Assembly: GCA_054600435.1 (NCBI GenBank)
Contig: BAAIJX010000010.1
Location: forward strand, 62,001-126,000
Direction: 5' to 3'
Origin: Neophaeotheca triangularis
Lineage: Eukaryota
Length of the DNA: 64,000 bases
Shown here: in pieces, positions 48,881 to 59,904 of the stretch
Layout: every line of letters begins with the position of its first letter
How positions within the stretch are numbered: position 1 is the first letter of the stretch
Program-made: the position numbers and the translations under genes
Notes under the pieces: model-generated
Told to the model about the DNA's origin: nothing
The model's input: the letters and a program-made list of their open reading frames with translations, nothing else
Databases searched by the model: none

Positions 48881-49359
48881 GGCGGAATATATGGATGAGC
48901 GTTTTTGATGCTTCCGTCCAGCTGGAACCTGTCCACAAAGCGGGCCACATGACGAGTGCGGAGCTTCCAGTATCCCGTTTGAACAACCCTCTCAATAGCT
49001 TCTTGTACTGCTGCATAGATATTGTGGATCGGAGATTGATGAACACTTCGTGAAAGGCTCGCCTACAGCGTACCTTTAAATGTAACGGAAGGAGAGCTGT
49101 TCCAGGGAGCAGTTGTATATGTTTTCAACCTTTCTTTCCCGAAAATCTTAGGTATTGAGCGCCCGAGGTTTGATATCTGTGCCGGTAGTTCGGAAAGACC
49201 TCGTCAAACCCAACCCCAACCCCAACCCTCAATATCGCTTCGCGTAGTCGTCGTCGCCCAACCGCCCACGCAATGACCACCTACCTGGTCAACGCTCGGA
49301 CCAGCAGCGCAGGAACAAAACTCGCTCGCGTTCCCTCCAACCTTTCTCTTCCTCTCTTC

Positions 49360-49500
49360 ATACTTACCTTGTCAGACCGTGGGCGCTCACGCATGCCTTC
49401 CGGTTGTGAAGACTCTCTGCATTGCACAGCGCGGTAGAGTCTTCGCATGAGTCTCCTTCGGGGGCCTCACTGGCGGAATTTTTGATGGTTCCTCCAATTT
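49360..49500 (+). ncRNA. U1 spliceosomal snRNA (3' end approximate)
   Basis: 5' ATACTTACCT; closing helix GTCAG(49371-75)/CTGGC(49470-74); SL1; SL2 12-bp stem TGTGAAGACTCT/AGAGTCTTCGCA with U1A loop ATTGCAC (49421-27); SL3 with TTCG tetraloop; Sm site AATTTTTG (49477-84). Confidence 0.93.
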
Positions 49501-50025
49501 CAAGCCTTTTTCATCAGACTGCTTCTGTTCCTTGGATGGACGGGAGGCTGGAGAAGAGGTGCTGTGGCCAGTAACGTAGTATTATCAGGATCCGCGCACG
49601 CTGTTCTCAGGTTCCCGAAAGATGCTTCCTTGTTGCTTGTATGGAGTGAGGCACACATAGGTATGTAGAGCCAGCGGCTCAGCTACGGCTACCAGTAGTC
49701 GTGCTGTCTAGTGAAGCTATCCATGCTACACGTACTGGGATAAGGAAGTATCGCTCTCTATCACATAGATAGAAACTTTGAATGCATCATCATCGACATT
49801 TCGTTGAAATCGTTTCGTCAGATGAAAGTGAAGTTAGTTGTTCGTGGCAAGCAAGAGGTGTACCGAGGCCGATATCCGGAGCTCATCTCCAACTCCGATT
49901 GCGGGCTTCACGACATGATGTTAATTACTTTTTTTCACCAGGGCATTACTTCCAGGTCGCATTGAAAGCACATCCACCTTGCCCGTCCTCTGCTGCTCCT
50001 CATCACCATCCAATCCCGCCCAACC

Positions 50026-51797
50026 ATGCAGCCTCTCCACCGCGCCGCCCCTGCGCTCCGCCGCCTCCGCCTCTCGAATGCGCCCCGATTCGTACCAGCT
50101 GCTGGCCCCCAAATCCACCACCACCACGCCTTCTCCACCCAAACACGACTGCAAAAGGCAGAAGCCACAACATCGGCATCCGGAGTCGATCACGTCCCAC
50201 AAGAAACGCCAGACCGACCGCAAAGCCAGATCAAATTCACAAGCGAAAGCTATCCCAACATACAGCGGGACTCGAGATTCAAAGAGCTATCCAAAGAGGA
50301 CGTGACTTTTTTCCGGGACTTGCTTGGGTCGGAGAGTGCCATTGTCGACAATGTCACCAAAGATGCTAGCGACGATGTTGAGGGGTTCAATGCGGACTGG
50401 ATGAAAAAATACCGTGGGCACACGAGGCTGGTCCTTAAGCCCAATAGCACCGAACAAGTCTCGAAGATATTGAAATACTGCAATGATAACATGCTGGCCG
50501 TGAACCCCCAGGGCGGCAACACCGGCCTGGTTGGTGGCTCTGTTCCTGTCTTTGACGAGATCGTAGTCAACCTCTCCCGCATGAACCAAATCCGTTCGTT
50601 TGACGACGTCTCTGGTGTGCTAGTAGCAGACGCCGGCGTGATCCTCGAAACCGCAGATTCCCATGTCGCCGAATCCAACCACATCTTCCCACTCGACCTA
50701 GGCGCCAAAGGCAGCTGTCAGATCGGCGGCAATGTCGCGACAAACGCTGGTGGCCTCCGCCTCCTCCGCTACGGCAGCATGCACGGCAACATCCTCGGCC
50801 TCGAAGCCGTCCTTCCCGACGGCACCATCCTCAATGACCTCTCCAAACTGCGCAAAAACAACACCGGCTACGACCTAAAACAACTCTTCATCGGCGGCGA
50901 AGGCACGCTGGGAATCATAACCGGCATCTCCATCCTCTGCCCGCAACGCAGCCCAGCGGTAAACGTCGCCTACTTCGGCCTAAGCTCGTACGAAAAAGTC
51001 CAAGACGCTTTCAAAGAAGCGAAAAAGCAACTTTCCGAAATCCTCTCGGCCTTTGAGCTCATGGACTCCAACAGCCAGAAATTATACGCGCGCGCCTCGG
51101 GTGCCAGACTTCCACTCGAAGGCGACTACCCTTTCTACTGCCTCGTCGAGACCAGCGGCTCCAACACCGAGCACGACAGCGAGAAACTCAACGCTTTCCT
51201 CGAACACGTCATGGGCGAGGAGATTGTCGAAGACGGCGTCGTCTCGGAGAACCAGACGCAGTTTCAATCCCTCTGGGCCTGCCGTGAAGGTGTTTCTGAA
51301 GCTTCGCAACATTTCGGTGGCGTTTACAAGTACGATTTGTCGATCCCGCTACCGCAGCTTTACGATTTGGTGAATGAAACTCGCGAGATGATGAACTCCA
51401 AGGGTTTGATTTCTGATACGGATGACTCGAAGCCGGTGCTCGATGTTTTAGGTTATGGGCACATGGGTGACAGCAATTTGCATTTGAACGTTGCCACTAG
51501 ACGGTATGATAAGGAGGTTGAGAAGGCTCTGGAGCCGTGGGTGTATGAGTGGGTGGCGAAGAGGGAGGGCAGTATCAGCGCCGAGCATGGTCTAGGTCTG
51601 GCGAAGAAGGAATTCATCGGGTACTCGCGGAACGAGACCATGATCAAGTTGATGAAGCAGATCAAAAATCTGTGGGACCCGGTGAGTTGCTTGTCATTTC
51701 TCATCCGGCTGCTTCGGCCTTTTCGGTCTGGTTGTGGTGATGGCATTGCTAACATATCTGGCAGAATGGCATCATGAATCCGTACAAGTACATATAG
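50026..51797 (+). CDS. DLD2: Mitochondrial FAD-linked D-2-hydroxyglutarate/D-lactate dehydrogenase; exons 50026-51681, 51765-51797
   Basis: Presequence; PQGGNTGLVGGSVP, DLGAKGSCQIGGNVATNAGG, GHMGDSNLHLN, SISAEHGLG, WDP/NGIMNPYK. Confidence 0.93.
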
Positions 51798-52971
51798 GGT
51801 ATCGTGTGCGGATCTTTCAACATACCCTAGACCGCAGACTAACTATCGACCCGCCAAACATTTACGACAGATCATCGTCTTTTTCATAACAAGAGCCTCT
51901 GCCGTTGTCTTCCCTAGACTCAAGGTCAAAAATAGGCCCGAGAACGCCCGGATGACTCCAGTAAACCTACCACGAAAGCGTCGGCCGAGTAATGCGGGAC
52001 CAGTACGGCTGGCCGTCTTGATAGACCACAGCGCTTTGCTGAGCTCTCACCTCATAGCGGCAGCTTCGGGCAAGCCTGCCCAGTGTTTTCAAGTCCAGAG
52101 TTGCGCCTTGGGGGGACTGCGCGCACTTGTCGTCGGTATTGGGTAGGTACCTGACCGTGCGAGGCGATGCCGACGACGATCACGAGGCTTGCGCTATGTC
52201 TCTATTAGTCTTGTTTGGAAGAGCGCATTTTGCGCATTTGTCGCACTGCCGCCTAGGTCGCTACAGTTAGAAGCTCGCGAGAGTTTGCAAGTCCAAGGTA
52301 GAGTCAAAGAGAAAGGTACGCCAGACACGACCGGGGGATAGCATGCCATGCCGACAAAACTCGGGCATGCATGATAGCGGTGCAGCTGGTCGTTCTCGGG
52401 CGCCTTTGCAGGTTACAGCCATTCCATTATCCTACCGTGTGCAAGCAGCATGAGGCTGAGGTGGCAGCCTACTGCTCCCCCTACCCCCCTCCTCTTCCCC
52501 CTCCTCCAATCACCTACCTACTTGAACATGTCTCGCGCCGTGCTTAGACGGTCGAATACATTTTGGGTACCCAAAGATAGTCGCCATGTTCGATGGAACG
52601 AAGATAGGTTTCCGGCGAAGGAGGTCTTTTTGATGCCGGGCAAAATGCAGTGCCGATGAGTTGAGGTTGATCGAGAGTGGTGGAGAGCCAAGACCCTTCT
52701 CGCGGTGCTTCGCGCTAGCTGTATATGAGATGCGAATCAATGCCTCAAAGGTCAAACCAACAAAGGCAGGGCATATGTCTATATGGCTGGGTCCGGAGCT
52801 AGTATATGTCCTAGCTACGGCGCTTCTGCACTTTTCAGCCCTTGCTGGGCTTCACTAGACAGTTGCCTAAGGTATTGTTTAAAACGTTACATTCATAAAT
52901 CCCACGTAAATCCCACATAAATCCCAAACCAATCTATATACAAGTTCCGCCCGCAAAGGACCTACCACCAT

Positions 52972-54974
52972 CTAACACGGCCCAACCATCTGGGCCATCT
53001 CCGCCATTCCACCCAAAGTCTGATCATTCTCATCGTCCTCGACCATCTTCTCAACGACCCTCTTATCTTTGATTCGCCAGAAAGCCGCCACACCATCAAC
53101 CATGCGCTGCGTCACGGGCCCAAGCTGTTCCTCATCGATAGCAGCAAAACACAACCTAAAAAACTTGTACCCCTCGGCATCCCTAATGGCATCATTAGGT
53201 GCAAAAATCGTTCCGGGGGACACAAGCACTCGGTATGGGTCCTTGGTCCACAAGAGCCACAGGCCCCTCGACAGTCGCGAGAGCTGGTCGGCTTTGGCGT
53301 AAGTCGCGTACAGCGGGTGCGACTCGAACAGCACTTTCAGCCAGATGAACATGCCGCCCACAGGCCAGTCGAATGAGAACATCTTCGTCTTCTCCACGAC
53401 GCTCCACTCTTCATCGTCGTCGTCGGCCGAGAGCGACTGCCGACGTCCCGATTTGACCAGGTCCGCGCCTTCTTCCAGAATCTTCGCCATGTGCTGCATG
53501 CGGCGTTCGTAGTTGCCGCGGAGGCCTTCGAGCCAGCGCACCCAGCCGTCGACTTTCCAGCCTTTGCCGTTGGGTAGACCGCCTTTACCGCCTTTGGAGG
53601 TGTTGGCGGCGTCGATGCCGTGTTGATCAGGTCCAAGGATGAGCTCGGCGATCATTGACTGCACAAAGCCTGAGGGTTGTTGGGTGGATGTTTCGGTGAT
53701 GCGGAGGATGCGCTCGATGAATGCAGGCTGCGCGCTGATCCAGCCGAGTCGGCAGCCGGGGGCAACGGTTTTGCTGAAGGTGTCGAGACGGATCACGCGG
53801 CCATCGGTGTCGACGGAGATGAAGGAGGGGACAAGGGAATCGAGGAAATCGAAGCCGGAGGACTTCCACTCGTCGGGACGGGCTTCGGCGTTTGCGAACA
53901 TGGGACAGTCGGGGTTGTAGCTTGTGTTGGCGGCGGAAGATGTGGTGGTAGTGTTAGAGTGAGTGGCAGTGGGATATTGGAGGTACCAATAAGGGTCATC
54001 TTCGACAATGAGAATGTCGTACTTGCTGCACAGCGAGTAGATTTCCCGTCGACGCTGTAGGGAGAGGACACCAGAGGTTGGGTTTTGGCCCATGCTATGG
54101 ATGGATTTGTTAGCATCCTGAATACCCTCAACATGGATTTGTACAATACTCACGTCACGGTGTACATCATGTGTGGCCTCTTTCCCTTTCTGAAGTCCCA
54201 GTGTTCCAGCACATCCTTCAATCCACCCTTACCTTCCGCCACCATACCTTCATCATCAATCTTGACCGGCACAATGTTCATTCCCCTCGGCTTTGCAGAC
54301 TGGACGGCATTCATGTAGCAAAACTCCTCAACCAACAAGCCTTCCTTATCCCTGATCCAATCCTTGTCCTCCGACCATTCGTTCGTGAAAGCCAACAGCG
54401 TCTTCGCAAACCCATCCGTACTGCCACATGTAAGAATGACCTCCGGACCGCCCTGGTAGGGGCAGTTTGGGTGCAAATTCTCTTGTGTCAACTGCCGGAT
54501 GAAGTAGTACAGCGGCGGGTATCCTTGCGCCGTGCCGTACTGTAAAGCGGTCGCGAGATCTATCTTCTTGACCGGGTTCTTCTCCTCGCTCGTATGCGGT
54601 ACAGTGACGGATGTCTGCGGCTGGTCCAAAGGGCTCTGCTTAGCTCCCAACCCCAGCTTCGCCGCTCTGGCGCTGATGTCGTCTCCATTGTCGTCTGGTG
54701 GCGGGTCCACGGGCTTGTTGGCTGTAGGCTGCCACCGATCTGGTAGAGCCGTCTTAGCCTCGAGAGTGTCGAAAGGGAAGTAGTAGTTGTTAGGCAGGCC
54801 GCCCGCAAGCTGGCCAATGCCGGGGATGGTGAAGTATTTGTAGAACATCTTCATGCTACTGGCGGCTCGGGCTTTGGTGCTTCGGCTCAAGTGATGGCTG
54901 AGGTCCTTGGGAAGGGGACGTGTATCCTTCTCGGGGCCGCCGTCTTCTCTCTTCGCTGCCATTTGGTGATCCAT
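52972..54974 (-). CDS. PLP-dependent aromatic/2-aminoadipate aminotransferase, Aro8-like; exons 54974-54154, 54094-52972
   Basis: LAGGLP, ALQYG..QG, YTVT/MGQNPT, IVEDDPYW, RLDTFSKTVAPGCRLGW (PLP Lys), FFRLCFAA. Confidence 0.92.
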
Positions 54975-55655
54975 TTCGGCGGTATGAGATGGTCTGTGGT
55001 AGGTCGAAGATGATTGAAACACACGAGGAGAACAAAGTGAATGCGATGTAATTTAGAGGGGGAGATGATGATAAGGTACAGAGAGCGGAGATGGAAACCA
55101 TGCGCTTACAAACCGTCGAGTTGAATGACGCGCCGATCCGTAGGTAGGTAAGGTTAGGTAGGTAAGGTAGTCACCTCACGGCTCGACTCTTCGCTCTTCT
55201 GCCTATTACGGTTACAGACTTGATCAGTTGGAATTAACGTGCACGTGGTTGTAGATTAAGTAAAACGGTAGCATTGTTCTAAGATGGTATCGTTGTCGGA
55301 CGTTGATTCGACCTTTGATAAGAGGTCACTTAATGATAAGTTACTACTATCGTCGTACATCCGGAGCTCTCGCGTTGGCGATGTTTGTTTCCCGAAACGG
55401 TCCCTACCTATCGTCAAAGCTTCCAACGACGTCGTTCAAACGCCGAGGAGGCGGACAACCTTAACTCCACCTGTATGCTTACATCTGCTTGGAGGCTGTG
55501 TATATCCGCTAACGTTATTTCGTGTGGCCTCTCATAATTCTCACATCCCAGCTTCGAGAGTTGGAATAGAAGCAAGTGCAAAATGTTTCGATAGATTAAG
55601 AGCGGGGCGAAGAACAAGCATTGGATACACCGGGGAAACATAGTAAGGCAGCATT

Positions 55656-57713
55656 ATGGGCCCAAACGATTACGAAGAGCGCGAAGATGTCGAGGCAACC
55701 GGGGGCGGTGCCGTCAGGGAACACGAGCGCTACCATGACGATTCAGACGACTCGGAGACAGTAGTTGGGCCGGATGCGCCGTTGAGGGGCTCCTACAGCA
55801 ACAGCCCATCGATCGAGCTGGATGGACCAGTTGATCGGCGATACCAACCGTGGTCGGATAGAATCGCTGAAAGGATACCACCTGGTGTCAAAAGGCGATG
55901 GGCAATGACGAAGAAATGGGTAAAAGGACCACAGCCACCGCAAATCTATAACATACGGCCAATATTCCCCAAATTCCAGCATACGCCTATAGCCTTGCTT
56001 GATCGCTACGCGCCGAAGAAAGCTGAGAGATTCTGGCTTCTGATCGCAGTCTACGCTTCCTGGCTGCTCATGTTCAGTATAGTTCTTTACAAGAGCTCTG
56101 CAGCAGCCTCCATACCTGGTTATGGGAACCCGGTAAATCTGGGCTGTGGGGCCAAGTACTGGAGGGACGGTAATGGATGTGGATTGAACGGTGACTCATG
56201 TCGCCCTTTCTCCAATGATACCATGGCGTTTCGCTGTCCAGCGGACTGCGACAGGACGCTTGTTCTCAACCCACACGCCGTCGGAGATCAAGAAGTAGTG
56301 TACACATCTTTGGTGGTAGGCGGGCCAACAGACGAGCAGACAGGGTTCGAAGGAGTGATCAAGAACAATGCAGTCTATCGTGGCGACTCTTTCATCTGTG
56401 CTTCAGCCATTCACGCCGGCTTCATATCCGCTGACCAAGGTGGTTGCGGTGTACTTACGTTGACTGGTGAACAGCCTTCATTCACCAAAAGCAAACACCA
56501 CGGCATCAAATCAATAGGCTTCGACAGCTACTTCCCGCAATCTTTCGGCTTTCTCGACGGCTCGCGGGAATCATGCAAAGATCTGCGATGGCCCCTTCTC
56601 GCCGTAACAGTCTTCCACACGACCCTCCTCTCCCTCTTCACAACCGACCCCGGAGTTTTCTTCTGGTCCCTCTTCGTGGCCCTCTTTTTCCACGTCGGCC
56701 TGGCCTCAGACCCTCCAACCAACTCAAACTTCTACCGCCTGATCTCCATAGCCACTGGCCGCTTCCTCCCCGCCGCTTTCTGCGGCTGGGTGACCTACCG
56801 CTACACCGTTCGCCGCAGCCTGCTCAACCTAACCGCCCAAATCGAAAAGACTGTCCTCTGGCTCGGCCCGGCGTGGGCAGGCGCCCTGAACAACTACACT
56901 TTCGACAAAATCCCCATCCAACGCCTGACCCCGCACGACCTCAAACAACCCGGCGCAGTTCCCGCTCTCGTCATCATCGTCCTAACAATCTTCTTCATAG
57001 CCCTCGGCCAAGCCTGGGCCTTCCGCGTCGAGGGCCGCATGCCCCGTTACCTCCTCATTTACACCATCTTCGTAGCCTCCCTACTCCTCCTCGTAACCAT
57101 CCCGGGCGAAAACGTCCGCATCCACCACTACGTGCTCGCCCTACTCTTAGTACCGGGCACCTCCTTCCAAAACCGGCCATCTCTAATCTACCAGGGCCTG
57201 CTAGTCGGACTCTTCATCAACGGCATCGCGCGCTGGGGCTTCGACAGCATTTTGCAAACACCCGGCGAGCTATTACAGGGAGCTCCGAAAGGTACGCTGT
57301 TGCCGGCGGTCTCAGTGCTGGCCATGGGTGCTCGCAACATCACTTTCAATCTGGGAAGTTTGCCGGTCTACGACCCCAAGACCGAGGCGAGGTACGATGG
57401 CATTTCGGCGCTTGTTAATGATGTTGAGCGGCTTCGCGGGTATGAGGACAACGGCGCTTACTGGGATGCGCCGGATGGGTCGGGGAATCTGACCTGGACT
57501 TGGACGAGGCGTGGGAGTGATAGTGAGGTTGAGATGAATTTGGGAATGGGGATGGAGAGAGGTGATGGCGTGGATGCGGATGTTGAAGGTATGCCTTCAC
57601 CCGAGTACTTTCGTTTTGCGTATTTGAGTGGAAGTCGGAGAGGCGATTACAGTAAGGCTGGAGTTTGGGAGAGTGATGGGGAGTGGATTCCTCCGAAGAA
57701 GGGTCCGAGCTGA
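55656..57713 (+). CDS. LCCL-domain multi-pass membrane protein
   Basis: FRCPADC, YRGDSFICASAIHAG..GGCG (LCCL), several TM helices, RIHHY, GIARWGFDSILQT. Confidence 0.88.
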   Translation: MGPNDYEEREDVEATGGGAVREHERYHDDSDDSETVVGPDAPLRGSYSNSPSIELDGPVDRRYQPWSDRIAERIPPGVKRRWAMTKKWVKGPQPPQIYNIRPIFPKFQHTPIALLDRYAPKKAERFWLLIAVYASWLLMFSIVLYKSSAAASIPGYGNPVNLGCGAKYWRDGNGCGLNGDSCRPFSNDTMAFRCPADCDRTLVLNPHAVGDQEVVYTSLVVGGPTDEQTGFEGVIKNNAVYRGDSFICASAIHAGFISADQGGCGVLTLTGEQPSFTKSKHHGIKSIGFDSYFPQSFGFLDGSRESCKDLRWPLLAVTVFHTTLLSLFTTDPGVFFWSLFVALFFHVGLASDPPTNSNFYRLISIATGRFLPAAFCGWVTYRYTVRRSLLNLTAQIEKTVLWLGPAWAGALNNYTFDKIPIQRLTPHDLKQPGAVPALVIIVLTIFFIALGQAWAFRVEGRMPRYLLIYTIFVASLLLLVTIPGENVRIHHYVLALLLVPGTSFQNRPSLIYQGLLVGLFINGIARWGFDSILQTPGELLQGAPKGTLLPAVSVLAMGARNITFNLGSLPVYDPKTEARYDGISALVNDVERLRGYEDNGAYWDAPDGSGNLTWTWTRRGSDSEVEMNLGMGMERGDGVDADVEGMPSPEYFRFAYLSGSRRGDYSKAGVWESDGEWIPPKKGPS

Positions 57714-58079
57714 TGTTGTAGATGGATGTGTACAGACGGTGTAGATAGTGCGATATAGATGTCTGTCACTTCAAACAGGGCTTAGATTGATGCGATCGTC
57801 CCTCTATCAGCAGAATTGCTGCAGCTGCAACAATGCTTTCTGTAAGGATCTGAGCTATGTTCAATAGCAGTGTATAAAAATTCGTTACTTACCACGATCT
57901 TCCCGCACGTTAGATGAAATCATTCGGTCTAAGATTGCTGTAGTTATGGTCTGTCGAAAGTAGTAGCCTTTGAAGTAGGAGAATATAGCGCGTCCCCTAG
58001 CTAGCGTCAAGCCCGTGCGACCAATCAAAGGTCGGTGAAGCTAAAGTGAAGTTCACGACAGCATCGGACGACAATGGAA

Positions 58080-58120
58080 CCCAGGGAAAAAAAGGCGACC
58101 CCTGGGACTCGCCTTTTTTT
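58080..58120. repeat. Interleaved inverted repeats
   Basis: AAAAAAAGGCGA(58087-98)/TCGCCTTTTTTT(58109-20) and CCCAGGG(58080-86)/CCCTGGG(58100-06). Confidence 0.8.
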
Positions 58121-59904
58121 GATTGGACTGTAAAAAGCTACGCTAGTGATTGTACGTTTTTAAAAATTTTAGGCACGCCCTTGCTCGTCTCGTGCGCAAA
58201 GTCGCCGGGATGGTTTTATTGACAGATTCGGCCGGGGGTTAGAATCAGGCTGTCAGATGTTCGAACACGGCCAATTTATTCGTCAAGCCTGGCGGGGCTG
58301 CCGCACTCAACTCTGTCCCGGGCGAGCCGTCTCGTCTCTTCACCTTCTCATGCATTCTGCGTCAAGATCCCGAGCCGTCTTCACGACCAGCTGCAAGCCA
58401 CAAGAAATCGCAGGTCGCCGGGATGAGCGGCAGAAGGGCGCGTGGATAATCAAAATCTAGCGAAGCTCTATTCTCGGCCGTAATCGACGACTAAAACATC
58501 CCGGCGAGTTTTGCTGGTGCTCAAGCAGACTGAGCGCTGCAACCACCAAAAACGTCCATCGACTAGCGCGGCTGACATTGAGCCAATTGTGTGGGCTTTC
58601 GCTTAGGGACGCCGACCGCCCGTGCAGGATCTCCGCTCCGACCTCACGTCCTTCGAAGCCTTAGGTTCTGCAATATACCCCGACCACCTTCTTGACAGTA
58701 TTGCTAGAGTACTGTTCCATGCCACCAACCGGAGCCTGTCTGCACCTGCAAAGCACACGCATCCTTAATCTTCCGCTTCTGTGGTCCGCGAAGCTGACAT
58801 TGCTACAGACGCGCAAGCATCGAATCGAATTCCCCCTCGATGGTCCTGATTTGATGTTTCACGACGCATGAGCTACGGAACGGCAACCTCATGCGAGCCC
58901 ATTCACCACATCTTCCACGCGGGTGGTAGGACGGCACAAGTGAAAGCCTACCTGCTCTTCGTTTGCCGGATTTGGATACCACCCGGGTGATAAACGAGGG
59001 CACCCTTGCGTCGATGCTACCAACCCATGTCTTCGAGAAGCTGCACCATCCCGAGCTGCATACGTGTAATTCGTGAAAGATTCGCTGGATCTGACTATCG
59101 ACAAGGCTGATCCGCCACTGGGGTTGAGGCCGCCATCTGTCTCCACACAACCACGTTGTTGCCAGGCTATTCTGGGGCGTGGACCGCCGCGTTGTCCTAC
59201 CCACAACTTCATCACGCTGACCTCTACCTGGCACTGCCTTTCGGTCTACATTATCGCATGCTTCGCTACTAAGTTGGTGATCAGCAGCTGTACCTGCTCA
59301 GGCACCGGAGAAGATGGCATCCTTCGCGGCATCACGACGCGTACTAATGCAATACAACCTCTGCTTCTGAGGAGCACTCGAGCTGTAATTTCCAGGTAGA
59401 GGTGCAGCAAAATAAGACTTCTCTGCCGTCTCGGAGACATCACTCACTCCAACACGTCTCTCTCGCCATTGTTACGACGAGCTGCGCGTGCTGCGACCTT
59501 GTCTTCGTGTTCAATAAAACACTGCATACATTTCCCACCTTCCGTTTCTTGCATAATCGGTCAGCTCTAGAGCATAGGAACATTTGGTTTACCCGAATAA
59601 CTTTCGATCCAGGCGACACGCCACAATGAGAGGCAACCGAGCCTTTGGGGACCTTCGTCGACGAAAATGTGAGCTGAGAGGGATACCGGTTCAGTGCCAT
59701 CAGCTGACCGCAGAAGTCCTCTGCAGCCTCACCTCGCGTCCATGGCTGTGCCTCAATGACTAGTATAAAGGGAGGATGGTTCGTCTTCGAACTCTTCTCA
59801 TTCCATCTTCTCATCAAGCAATTTCACAAGCAATCTACACTCGCTCCAATCTTCTTTCATCAACCGATCCCTAAGCACTCGCTTCTAGCTTCTCACAGGC
59901 CAAT

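Noticed and set aside
49208..49228. (CCCCAA)n telomere-like repeat
   Set aside because: Only about three units and not the TTAGGG repeat; treated as a simple repeat upstream of U1.
51949..51982. Hammerhead-like core (GATGA..GAAA..GTC)
   Set aside because: Core reads CGGATGA rather than CTGANGA, and stem II does not pair.
52528..52659. 43-aa ORF after a pyrimidine-rich tract
   Set aside because: No recognisable motif or codon bias; insufficient support.
52898..55170. Short tandem repeats (TAAATCCCAC-like x3 near 52898; TAGG-like array at 55141-55170)
   Set aside because: Ordinary UTR/promoter microsatellites with no spacers, so not CRISPR-like.
58087..58120. Rho-independent terminator-like hairpin with T tract
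   Set aside because: Eukaryotic nuclear DNA with no bacterial context.
57720..59900. Telomerase RNA candidate (2-kb ORF-free region with pseudoknot-like element)
   Set aside because: No ~1.5-repeat TTAGGG template was found (best is CTAACCCCC on the - strand near 58235-58242), and the loop composition does not fit the telomerase triple helix.
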